In this document: in pieces, positions 18,054-27,497 of the stretch | How positions within the stretch are numbered: the first letter of the stretch is position 1 | Layout: each line of letters opens with the position of its first letter | Origin: a virus | DNA length: 64,000 nucleotides | Strand: one strand, 5' to 3' | Virus record (IMG/VR): IMGVR_UViG_3300045988_161245 | Coordinates: 148,685 to 212,684 of that record | The notes under the pieces: generated by a model | Databases searched by the model: none | Seen by the model: only the letters and a program-made list of their open reading frames with translations | What the model was told of the DNA's origin: nothing | Made by a program: the position numbers and the translations under genes

Positions 18054-19026
18054 CATTTGTGGACTATCTCTTAATTAATTTAAAATTAATCTTGGATACT
18101 ATTGCGGTAATTAAGAAAATTTGCATTTTCTCCGCTAGTCTCTACACCTTCCTACTCTGTAGGCTCGGCACGGTATCATTAAGCAACACGCTTACCTTCA
18201 CCGTTTTCTTCCAATTCAAGACGCAGGGCTTTATATTTTAAATACTTTCGTTTTAATATAATAAATGAATCATTTGGATAAATATGTTTTAGAAATTTTA
18301 ATACATCAATTCGATTTGCAAATTCAATAACGTAACATTTTTCATTACTTTTAGGTCGAAGTATTGTAGAAATATCAAGTTTTTTTATTAAATACTGTTG
18401 AACACCTTCTAATATTTTTAATTGTGAAGTAAAACTAATTTTTTGCCATATTCTGTTTTTATCTTTTCTTCTGCCAAAAGTTAAACACCCATCAGCATCG
18501 AATAGCCCTTGTATTAAATATCGTTCTAAATCTTCTCGAATTCTTGGATAGTGTCTATCTACTTTTAATCTTCCTCCAGTAAATTTTAATATATCAGGAA
18601 TTCTTTTTTGAATTCTTGCTCTTGGAAATCTTCTTGTTTTTTTATTTATAGTATGATTGTAATTAACATTACATTGTAAAATATGAGAAATATATTCTAC
18701 AACTTGCTTATCATTTAGTGATATTGAAATTTCCACACTATTTTTTTCATCAATAGAGGCATCAGCTAATAAAAATCCTAATATATATGCTTTTTCTTTT
18801 GTATCTATTTTTTCAAATCTGAAATTATCATATTTCCTATATTTTGATTTTTCGTTTAGTCCAAACTTTGAAATCCAATATGATACTGTACTATGATTCA
18901 AGCCACAATCTTTTTCAATTTGTCTTGTGGACATTTCTTTTTCTAAACATTCTTCCAAATATTTTTTATCCATATATTTTACTCCTTCTACTTTTACACA
19001 TTTCGATGGATAGCATTTAACTATTT
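18054..19026 (-). other. putative group I intron 1 in nrdJ (carries LAGLIDADG HEG)
   Basis: The frame breaks after GQAGRR (then K-stop) and resumes at GALMISL. The exon ends in U and the intron ends in G. An endonuclease ORF lies inside. Confidence 0.7.
18179..18973 (-). CDS. double-motif LAGLIDADG homing endonuclease
   Basis: Two dodecapeptide motifs, YILGFLLADASI and LIQGLFDADGCL, with an N-terminal HTH-like segment. Confidence 0.8.
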   Translation of the reverse strand: MDKKYLEECLEKEMSTRQIEKDCGLNHSTVSYWISKFGLNEKSKYRKYDNFRFEKIDTKEKAYILGFLLADASIDEKNSVEISISLNDKQVVEYISHILQCNVNYNHTINKKTRRFPRARIQKRIPDILKFTGGRLKVDRHYPRIREDLERYLIQGLFDADGCLTFGRRKDKNRIWQKISFTSQLKILEGVQQYLIKKLDISTILRPKSNEKCYVIEFANRIDVLKFLKHIYPNDSFIILKRKYLKYKALRLELEENGEGKRVA

Positions 19027-19476
19027 ACGTCTCCCAGCCTGTCCGATCAAACCAGTTACCATGGAATACAAATCCATAAATGATATAGACCCGGTTGTTT
19101 CTTTTGCTGCATTATTTACTTTTGCACCTCTTGGTGATAATTTACTGATATCAACACCACATCCACCACCATAAGAATAAGTACGTGCAAGTTTCTTTGC
19201 ACAATCAAAAATAGATTCAATGTTATCTTCTGGAGGTTCAATTACATAGCAATTACTTAAACTAACCTTACGTCCTTTGCTTTCAAGTCCTCTGTTAGCA
19301 AGGATTCTTCCACCAAAGAGAAATTTCTTACCCTTAATTAACTGTTTTACTTCTTCATTTCCACCAGAGACTCTATCAAGCCACTGATCAAATGTTTCTC
19401 CATTAAACTGGTACTTTCTCTCGTAAATGTCCTGTCCCAGCTTATTTTCTTCTCCTAACCATTCTTGTACAGTCAT
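19027..19476 (-). CDS. nrdJ: class II ribonucleotide reductase, exon 1 of 3
   Basis: MTVQEWLGEENKLGQDIYERKY..FLFGGRILANRG..LSNCYV..YGGGCGVDISKLSPRGA..GQAGRR is a typical NrdJ N-terminus. Confidence 0.75.
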
Positions 19477-19488
19477 TTTGTCACTCCT

Positions 19489-19911
19489 TTACTCTAAATA
19501 AAAATCATTGATATAATCAATCGCTTCATTAATACCTTTGAAAATCACATCACAATCTTCTGGCAACCATTCATAACTGTCATAATCATTAAATCCAATA
19601 ATGGGAATATGGTTGTCTACTGCGAATTGCAGTTCTTGAGCTGTTCCAATAGAAGTGTTTGTATGTTCCAGATTTACAAGGATTAAATCACATTTTCGAA
19701 TACGTGATAAATAGAATTGTTTTACTTGTTTATTAGTGATTGCATTACCACCATCACGATCAAAATAACGTGTTGGATTGATTACTTTAATAGTTACATC
19801 TTTAGCTTCTGAAATATTTTTAAAAATATTCTCAGCTTTTAATCTCCATTCTTTTCCACCGTCATGCATTCCTCTACATGCACCAGCGAGATATACTGTT
19901 AGTTTTTCCAT
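19489..19911 (-). CDS. nucleoside 2-deoxyribosyltransferase-like protein
   Basis: 140 aa. VYLAG near the N-terminus, CDLILVNL and GTAQELQFA resemble the NDT / DUF4406 Rossmann-like family. Confidence 0.5.
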   Translation of the reverse strand: MEKLTVYLAGACRGMHDGGKEWRLKAENIFKNISEAKDVTIKVINPTRYFDRDGGNAITNKQVKQFYLSRIRKCDLILVNLEHTNTSIGTAQELQFAVDNHIPIIGFNDYDSYEWLPEDCDVIFKGINEAIDYINDFYLE

Positions 19912-19922
19912 GTTACTACCTC

Positions 19923-21233
19923 TTAAATAAGTCCAGCTTCATCATCTGCTAATACCTTATCATAATCTTCTCTGAAGCAAATAAATCCTGCAAACTGTAA
20001 ACTTGGAAGTCCAGTATTTTTATCTTTTGTTTCTTCCTTATATTTAATATCAATGAGTTTGCCAATAAGCTCATCTCGTTTTTCCCAGAGATCTTTTCTC
20101 ATTTGATCTGAATATCCATATCCAACACCAGATTTTCCATCTTTATATTTAACGATTAACGATCCAAGTGCTCCTTTGTTCTTGCCAGACCCTTCTTCGT
20201 ATCCAATAACTCTTAAGGTCGCATCATAGAACTGTTTTACTTTAATAAGACTTTTGGTTCGTTTGCATTCATATGGCTTGTCAAGATTAATGCAACATCC
20301 TTCCCAGTCATTATCTTCTGCGTACTGAAGCCATTCCCAAATTTTACTGTGGTCGTAACCATGATATACTCTCGGAACAACTTCAATATTGTCTGTTGGA
20401 TGGAATTTAAGTTTTTCTTCTAATTCATCTAAATCTTTGCTTCTAATGGAGTATGGTTCTTTAGATTTTCCAGACCAAAATTCTTTAAGGGGGAACATAT
20501 CGAATATAACGAATTTTAATTGAGATTTGTCACCAGATTTGCTATTTGCGATTCCTGTACCTTTTTGGAATGCTTCAGAATCGGATAATCTTTCTTTATT
20601 TTTATAGAGAAGTTCACCGTCTACAAACATATTGTCATAGCCCATTGCTTGTAGATCTTTAATAATATGATCGACACCATTAATTTTCTTATTCTGTCTA
20701 GTTCTGCACTCAGTTCCAATATATGCACATCTGAGTCCATTTAGTTTGCGGCTAATATAAATCAGCTCATTACCTTTCAGCTTAATCTTCTCAATTGAAG
20801 TACCAAGCTGCACATTAAATTCTTCAATCAGTCCTGGAATAGCTTTATTAACAAGTTTTGCATCTGCACCTAATCTAAACTTCTTTGTTACCATTTCTTC
20901 ATAAAACTGACATTCAGTTTCAGATTTAGAATTATTACAAATAAATTTTCTTATAGTGGCAACATCTACATCAGTACCAGTATTATGAGTTTTTAGATAG
21001 TCAATAACATCAGAAAAGTTTTTCGGTTCAAATGTTGCATAATTTTCAGCCTTTGAAATGGTCATTTTATCGATCTTTTTTGTGCTGATTCCTGTTACAG
21101 TATTACCGTCCAGTAAGAACACCAGACACTTTTTAAGAAGCTCATTATCCTTGTTTTCTCTAAGGATACGCTGCTTTTCATTCAGACTCGATGTGTTCTG
21201 AATGAGTTTTAGAATTTCAATTACTTCTTCCAA
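19923..21233 (-). CDS. ATP-dependent DNA ligase
   Basis: Motif I SRKLNGLRC (KxxGxR adenylation lysine). Nucleotidyltransferase and OB-fold regions follow (DGELLY, FVIFD, WEGCCINL, LIKVK). Confidence 0.75.
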   Translation of the reverse strand: MEEVIEILKLIQNTSSLNEKQRILRENKDNELLKKCLVFLLDGNTVTGISTKKIDKMTISKAENYATFEPKNFSDVIDYLKTHNTGTDVDVATIRKFICNNSKSETECQFYEEMVTKKFRLGADAKLVNKAIPGLIEEFNVQLGTSIEKIKLKGNELIYISRKLNGLRCAYIGTECRTRQNKKINGVDHIIKDLQAMGYDNMFVDGELLYKNKERLSDSEAFQKGTGIANSKSGDKSQLKFVIFDMFPLKEFWSGKSKEPYSIRSKDLDELEEKLKFHPTDNIEVVPRVYHGYDHSKIWEWLQYAEDNDWEGCCINLDKPYECKRTKSLIKVKQFYDATLRVIGYEEGSGKNKGALGSLIVKYKDGKSGVGYGYSDQMRKDLWEKRDELIGKLIDIKYKEETKDKNTGLPSLQFAGFICFREDYDKVLADDEAGLI

Positions 21234-21237
21234 TAAA

Positions 21238-21465
21238 TTAATCCTCCAATCTTCCGATTACTTTTATATGTTCAGTGAACAGTAATGTTAACTGTCCACT
21301 GCTATTTACTTCTTCAACCGAAATACAGTTATTACAAAAACCGATATCTGCAATACATCCTATAATATTGCTTTTATAGTTATCATCCATAATAAAAACG
21401 CAACAGTCACCGATTCTATGTACAACATTATCATCATCTACAAGGGTACTATCTTTGATATACAT
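21238..21465 (-). CDS. hypothetical protein
   Basis: 75-aa ORF in tight spacing. Confidence 0.4.
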   Translation of the reverse strand: MYIKDSTLVDDDNVVHRIGDCCVFIMDDNYKSNIIGCIADIGFCNNCISVEEVNSSGQLTLLFTEHIKVIGRLED

Positions 21466-21469
21466 TTAA

Positions 21470-21832
21470 TTAATCACCACCCTCTTGTAAGTCGATTGAT
21501 GTATAAAGAAGCTCGTTAATCGCTTTAGAGTTTTCATTAAGATATTTCATAACTTCAATAACAGGTTCAATGTCTTCAAAAAATAAACCAATATATTCAT
21601 ATTCATTTTTCTTTATAAACTTTTTAATTTTATTTAATTGCTTAAGATCGATGTAACAATTTTCAATCAGTCCATCATAAACAATTTTTATATACTCTCC
21701 TTTTAATGGATATAATCCTAAAAGTTCTGAAATAGGGATATAAACCTTAACAGTTATTGGATTAATTTTAATTTTATATTCTCTACCATACTTTTTCATA
21801 ATCTGAGAAATATCATTAATAAGTTCTACCAT
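21470..21832 (-). CDS. hypothetical protein
   Basis: 120-aa ORF in tight spacing. Confidence 0.45.
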   Translation of the reverse strand: MVELINDISQIMKKYGREYKIKINPITVKVYIPISELLGLYPLKGEYIKIVYDGLIENCYIDLKQLNKIKKFIKKNEYEYIGLFFEDIEPVIEVMKYLNENSKAINELLYTSIDLQEGGD

Positions 21833-21833
21833 A

Positions 21834-24176
21834 TTATTTCCCCTTTCTTTTAATTGTGCTTAACCATGTACTTCTTGCATTGTTACTTGTGTTCAGGCAT
21901 TTGTAGAATGCCTGTGGTTCAGCACACAATAAACATCTTTTCTTTGCTCTTGTAAGCATTGTATATAACATACAGTTGTCTAATAATTTATAATGGGTAT
22001 TATCAATTACACAAATAACTGTTTTCCTGGAAGATCCTTGCATTTTATGAGTTGTTAAAGCATAAGCCATATCTAAATCTGCAAGTTCACTTCCTTCGTA
22101 TCTAATTACTTTATCTTGCTTCTCATAAACTATATTGTTATCTTCATCAAAAACTAACCCAACGTCTTTTTCTACTTTAGGACCAAATGACTGATATGTA
22201 ACTTCACAATAAGTTACTGGCTTTTTACCACTCATATCTTCTCCAATAAATGTGATATATCCGATTTCACCATTAAATACGTTTCGATCATAATCATTTA
22301 CTGTCTGGACAACTTTACACCCAAGCTTAAATTCTTTTTCACCAAATGAGATTGACTTCCTTTCATCTTTAAGAAGAACATCTACAATATCTTTATTTAA
22401 CTCGTAAGCACTGTTTAAACATCCTTCTCTACGAGGTACTGCTATACCAACATTATCAACACCATCTGTTTCAACAGCTGAGAAGAACATTTTTAATGCA
22501 AGTTGATGAAGTGAATCTCTAGTATCTCTGAACATGTAATACATGTCCTGTAACTCGCCATGAACTAATTTTTTTGATGTAATAACTTCCGTAATGGGGT
22601 TTTTATTATCTCGAATGAGATTTGCATCGGTAAGAATTCCAGATTTTTCTGCTTGACGCATAACTTTTGTAAGTTCATTGATATTTTCTTTGGGTAAACA
22701 ATGAATCAGATCAGAGAATATATTTCCAAAACCAATAGGTGGCAACTGTTTATAGTCTCCACAGATGATGATCTTTGTATTATCACCTATAGCTTCTAAC
22801 CATGCTAAGAAGATTTGTACATTTACCATAGAAGCTTCATCCATTAATACTACAGGAGATATAAGTTTGCAATTCTTATTGTAATCAAACTTATTTGGAC
22901 CATGACATCCTAGCGTCCTATGAATTGTCATTGCAGGATAGTCTGTAGCTTCTGTGATACGCTGTGCTGCCATTGCTGATAATGCACAGGCAGAAATATT
23001 GTGATTTGCCAGAGAATACGCACGAATAATTCCACGTAAAATTGAACTTTTACCAGTTCCGGCTTTTCCTGTAACGAAGCTTATACTCTGCGTTAGTATA
23101 GAGCGTATAATCGCCTTTTGCTCATCAGTATAGGAAAATCCTTGCTCATGTTCCGCTTTAGCGATTCCTGCCTCTATTTTATCGTTTTCTATAGGCACTG
23201 GTGACTGTTTGTTCAATCTTTCTTGAATGATAGATAAAATTTTCATCTCAAGGTTGTAATATAGCTTGAGTCCGATCCTGTTTTCATACTGGTGTAAGAA
23301 CGAATTATTTTCAAGGACTCCATCAAACACATCTATACACTCTGGAGCTGAATCTTCAACTGCAGCTTTTAAAATATCTACACTACACCAAGTATGTCCA
23401 TCATTCTCACCAATCTCAGCAAGGTAATAAGAAATGAAAGCAATACATCTCTCTCTGGATTCAAGAAGTTCAGGTTTTAATTTAAGTGCCAATTTATCAA
23501 CTTTCTTGAATCCAAACCCTTTCATGGAACATAAATAGTATGGATTTGTTTCAATCTTCTGTTTTAATAGTCCAGGGTTTGGCTCATTACTAAGAAGGTT
23601 TTTAATCATTGTGAATGTAACACCTAACGGTTTTAGTAATGTGATAATATCTGAAATAAGGTAATTATCAATTATCTTGTCTTTTATTTTCTTCCATGTT
23701 TTTTCACGAACACCTTTAACTTTTGAAAAATCAATTGTATCTAATTTACCGTCAGCTACATCATTTACAACATTTGGATATGCAGCAAGTAATGAATCTG
23801 CAACACTCTCAGGGATAAGTGATTTAAGAAAAACTTTAGAATCTTCCACAGTCTGCGGAGCCAATGCATAAACTGTGATTGGTACATATTGTGCCCCATA
23901 TTTTTTATCATCTTTATATGTTGCAGTAATCTTATATTCTGAACCAACACACAGTTGCTGCATTCGTCCGGCTAAAGTTCCGACAAAAGTATCACCATGC
24001 TCATCTCCGAACAAATCTTTGTGAACAGTTATCTTCTGACAATTAGGAAGTTGATCAGTTGTATTGAATGAATAAACTCCCCAAGACGTATTTTCACTGT
24101 AGAAGCGCTCATATGAAATTCTGGCTGTAAATTCAAACTGCTGATCATCATTACTAAATTGTTCTGAATAACTCAT
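21834..24176 (-). CDS. RecD2-like SF1 helicase
   Basis: Walker A GKAGTGKSS, Walker B VLMDEASMV, GDYKQLPPIG, and C-terminal AYALTTHKMQGS / LYTMLTRAK motifs of the RecD/TraA family. Confidence 0.8.
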   Translation of the reverse strand: MSYSEQFSNDDQQFEFTARISYERFYSENTSWGVYSFNTTDQLPNCQKITVHKDLFGDEHGDTFVGTLAGRMQQLCVGSEYKITATYKDDKKYGAQYVPITVYALAPQTVEDSKVFLKSLIPESVADSLLAAYPNVVNDVADGKLDTIDFSKVKGVREKTWKKIKDKIIDNYLISDIITLLKPLGVTFTMIKNLLSNEPNPGLLKQKIETNPYYLCSMKGFGFKKVDKLALKLKPELLESRERCIAFISYYLAEIGENDGHTWCSVDILKAAVEDSAPECIDVFDGVLENNSFLHQYENRIGLKLYYNLEMKILSIIQERLNKQSPVPIENDKIEAGIAKAEHEQGFSYTDEQKAIIRSILTQSISFVTGKAGTGKSSILRGIIRAYSLANHNISACALSAMAAQRITEATDYPAMTIHRTLGCHGPNKFDYNKNCKLISPVVLMDEASMVNVQIFLAWLEAIGDNTKIIICGDYKQLPPIGFGNIFSDLIHCLPKENINELTKVMRQAEKSGILTDANLIRDNKNPITEVITSKKLVHGELQDMYYMFRDTRDSLHQLALKMFFSAVETDGVDNVGIAVPRREGCLNSAYELNKDIVDVLLKDERKSISFGEKEFKLGCKVVQTVNDYDRNVFNGEIGYITFIGEDMSGKKPVTYCEVTYQSFGPKVEKDVGLVFDEDNNIVYEKQDKVIRYEGSELADLDMAYALTTHKMQGSSRKTVICVIDNTHYKLLDNCMLYTMLTRAKKRCLLCAEPQAFYKCLNTSNNARSTWLSTIKRKGK

Positions 24177-27100
24177 TATACTTTTGCCCCTTTCTTACGC
24201 ATTTGCTCAAGCCACATATTATATGTTTTTATTTTTTCAACAAAAAAATGTTCTTCTCTTTTTCTTCCTAATATTGCAAGACAGCTTCCTTTTTTTATAT
24301 AGTCAGAATACTCTTTTAGCTGACTAGACCATATTGTCGCTTCAATAATTCCATATGGAGTATATAAATCAAGATATGCAAACTGATTTCCATTTTTATC
24401 TTTTTTCCTTTTGACATCAACAATCACACAGAACAAAACTGTTTTGTCGCCATCCATTACAAGGTCCCAATCAATTTTAGTATATTTATAAGCATCTTTT
24501 AACGGATCATTAGTTAAGAACATTGATAAAGTATCAAATTCCCATAGATATTCATCTTTAGCGTATTTTTCTTGAAAATCTTCCATATGCTTTTTATATT
24601 TTATGTTTTGTTCTTCTAAAAACTTTTTCTCTTTTACTTTATTATAGTCATTCAAAAGTTTTTCTTTGTTTACTTTTTTGCCATCTCTATAATCTTCTAC
24701 GTTTAATCCAAATGGAATTAATTTAGAATATGGAGATGGAGTTGTTGTAACAGGTTTGTATTCTTTTCTAACAAACGTGGAACCTGCATATTTTTTCAAT
24801 GTTGACATCTTATTTTTAGTTGGAATACCGCCAGCTTTAATAAGGGTGATAATCGCTGTTTTGTCCTGCACTTTTTCGATGAAATCATTTAAATTCTTGT
24901 AAGGTCTAAAATCTATAATTTTGTCAACAATACTGTCACCAAGACCTTTTACTGCCAATAATCCAAACAAAATTTCATTGTTCTCTGCAATTGCAGTAAA
25001 TGATTTGTTCGATTTATTTACATTTGGTGGAGAAACTTTTATTCCAAGACGTTTGCAATCATTTATTACAATACTAATTTTTTCTACTTTGTCTGATTTT
25101 GACGTAAGAAGTGCAGCCATAAAATAAACTGTGTAGTGAACCTTTAGATATGCCGTAAGATAAGATAACAAACCATATGCCACAGCATGACCACGATTAA
25201 AACAATACTCTGATTGTTTTAGCATTAGCTGCCATATTTCAGATAACTCATTTTCTGTCCAATTTTTCTTTTTCAATCCAGATCTAAAGTCTTTTTCGAG
25301 ACCAGCCATTTTATCTTTTAATTTTTTGCTTATTGCGCGCCTCGCATTGTCTATGTCTTCTTCTGGAAATCCTGCATATCTAAACAGTTGAAGAGCTTCT
25401 TCTTGGTAAAGTAAAACTCCTTGAGTTGTTATAAATAGCGTTTTTAAATCTTCATGTATTGTTTGTGCACTTTCCGGATGCAATTTATTTTGACAGTATA
25501 TAGGAAAGCTATCTTTTGTACCAGGTCTATTAGCAGCGTTTACTACGATAATATCCTCTACATTGTCTGCTTTAGCTTCAATACACATTCTCCTTGCTTC
25601 TGCAGATTCCATCTGGAATATGCCAACAGTGTGACCTGGTTTATAAACTTGATCGTAAACATTTTTGTCTGAAAGATTCAAATGGTTGATATCTACATCT
25701 TCCCATGTAATTCCTGCCATATTTAACGTATCGTCAATAATATCAAGTGTTTCAAGTCCAAGGTAATCCATTTTAATCAATCCAAGATCATCCATCGCAT
25801 TATGCATCTCGAACTCAATCATAATGTTTCGTTCTTTATCATAACAAAGTGGCGCATAATCTGTTACAGGAGTTGGCGTAATTAAAGTACCAGCAGCGTG
25901 TCTTCCCATTGATTTCGGAAGACCTTCTACATCCATTACATATTTAAACCACAATGGGAATTTGTTATATACATCATCAAGCTTTGGATTTTTACTTAGA
26001 ATATCTTTTAAAAGAACATCTTTTTCCTCTTCCTCTCCAAGATCATTAAGTGTTTTGATTGTTGGAATCATTTTTGCAACATCATCTCTCAATTTATAAG
26101 GAATCTGCTTATAGTATGGAGAATCTTCTTTTTCATCAAGTACTTTACCAATATCTCTAATTGCAACTTTTGTACTCAAAGAATTGAATGTACAAATTGG
26201 AGCAACATTTTCTTTACCAAAAAGTTCTTCTGATATTTCAACCATTTCTTTACGTCTACGCTTTGAAATATCCCAATCAAAATCTGCCATAGACTTTCTT
26301 CCAAGGTTTGCAAATCGTGAAAAATCAAGCCCCCATCTTACACTGTCAATCTGTGTGACGTTAAGCATAAATAAACACAAACAATTTGCACCAGACCCAC
26401 GAGAATATCCTATAGGAATTTTTCGTCTTCTTGCTTCTTTTGCAAGCATATACAGCATAATAAAATAGTCTGTATAATCAACTGCATATAAAACTGGCAG
26501 CTCTGTTTCAAGACGTTTTTTTCGTTCATCTTGATCCTCTTTTGACATATGACCAAATTTTTCTTTGAATGTTTTAAAAACTAAATATCGTAGATATTCT
26601 TCGTGATTTTTATATGGACCATCAATTTTGACCTTCGGCATAATATTGCCTTTATTTAGCCCAATATCAATATCTTCAATAATAGAAGAAATATTATTAC
26701 TTTCTTGCAAACCTTTATCAATTACAGCTTTTGGGAACTGATAAGATAATTTCTGATATATTTCTAATTCTTTCTGAAGGTAACAATCAATATAACTTTC
26801 TCCAACTTCACGTCCTTCACCAATTTCTACAAACATTGCATGAGAGTCAATTAGAGAATCACTTAACATATGCGCATCTGTTGTAATAGTATATGGAAGA
26901 TTATGTTCATTGGCGAAATCAAAGATAAGTTTATTTGCTTCTGCCTGTGCTTCTGTAGTATGTGACTGTAATTCACAAACAACGTAATCAAAAATATCCT
27001 TAATGTCCTGGATAAATTGTTCTGCCTCTTTATATCTTCCATCAGTCAGATATCTGCTAAGTCTACCGGCTTGGCAAGCAGTTAAGCAAATAATGCCTTT

Positions 27101-27493
27101 ACCAAGATTATTATCTTTGATATATTTCATATCAATTCTTGGTTTTTTATATAATCCTTCTGTTCTCGATACCGATGTTATCTTTAGTAAATTCTTATAG
27201 CCTTGCTGTGTTCTGGCAAGAAGTACCATATGGTAACGTGGCTGCTTATAATCTTTTGTATCAGCTTTCCATGTCATATCATCTACTTCGTATATTTCGT
27301 TTCCGATTATTGGCTTTATTCCTTGCTTTTTGCACTCTTTTACAAAGTTTACAATGTTTGACATTGAACCATGATCTGTTATAGCCATCGCTTTCATTCC
27401 ATTATCTTTTGCAAATTTTACTGCTTCTGGTACTTTTAAAATGGAATCAAGTAATGATCCTTGCGCAGTGTGCATATGTAACGAACTGTACAT
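24176..27493 (-). CDS. dnaE: DNA polymerase III alpha subunit (DnaE-type, N-terminal PHP domain)
   Basis: 1105 aa. PHP motif LHMHTAQGSLLDS, ITDHGS, the palm/fingers block FDWDISKRRR..GTLITP..MDYLGLETL, and HAVAYG. Confidence 0.85.
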   Translation of the reverse strand: MYSSLHMHTAQGSLLDSILKVPEAVKFAKDNGMKAMAITDHGSMSNIVNFVKECKKQGIKPIIGNEIYEVDDMTWKADTKDYKQPRYHMVLLARTQQGYKNLLKITSVSRTEGLYKKPRIDMKYIKDNNLGKGIICLTACQAGRLSRYLTDGRYKEAEQFIQDIKDIFDYVVCELQSHTTEAQAEANKLIFDFANEHNLPYTITTDAHMLSDSLIDSHAMFVEIGEGREVGESYIDCYLQKELEIYQKLSYQFPKAVIDKGLQESNNISSIIEDIDIGLNKGNIMPKVKIDGPYKNHEEYLRYLVFKTFKEKFGHMSKEDQDERKKRLETELPVLYAVDYTDYFIMLYMLAKEARRRKIPIGYSRGSGANCLCLFMLNVTQIDSVRWGLDFSRFANLGRKSMADFDWDISKRRRKEMVEISEELFGKENVAPICTFNSLSTKVAIRDIGKVLDEKEDSPYYKQIPYKLRDDVAKMIPTIKTLNDLGEEEEKDVLLKDILSKNPKLDDVYNKFPLWFKYVMDVEGLPKSMGRHAAGTLITPTPVTDYAPLCYDKERNIMIEFEMHNAMDDLGLIKMDYLGLETLDIIDDTLNMAGITWEDVDINHLNLSDKNVYDQVYKPGHTVGIFQMESAEARRMCIEAKADNVEDIIVVNAANRPGTKDSFPIYCQNKLHPESAQTIHEDLKTLFITTQGVLLYQEEALQLFRYAGFPEEDIDNARRAISKKLKDKMAGLEKDFRSGLKKKNWTENELSEIWQLMLKQSEYCFNRGHAVAYGLLSYLTAYLKVHYTVYFMAALLTSKSDKVEKISIVINDCKRLGIKVSPPNVNKSNKSFTAIAENNEILFGLLAVKGLGDSIVDKIIDFRPYKNLNDFIEKVQDKTAIITLIKAGGIPTKNKMSTLKKYAGSTFVRKEYKPVTTTPSPYSKLIPFGLNVEDYRDGKKVNKEKLLNDYNKVKEKKFLEEQNIKYKKHMEDFQEKYAKDEYLWEFDTLSMFLTNDPLKDAYKYTKIDWDLVMDGDKTVLFCVIVDVKRKKDKNGNQFAYLDLYTPYGIIEATIWSSQLKEYSDYIKKGSCLAILGRKREEHFFVEKIKTYNMWLEQMRKKGAKV

Positions 27494-27497
27494 CTAG

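Noticed and set aside
24176-27493. Possible intein or intron in the Pol III alpha gene, by analogy with the invaded nrdJ gene
   Set aside because: The ORF is continuous at 1105 aa, with PHP, palm and fingers motifs in normal order and spacing. There is no endonuclease-like insert.
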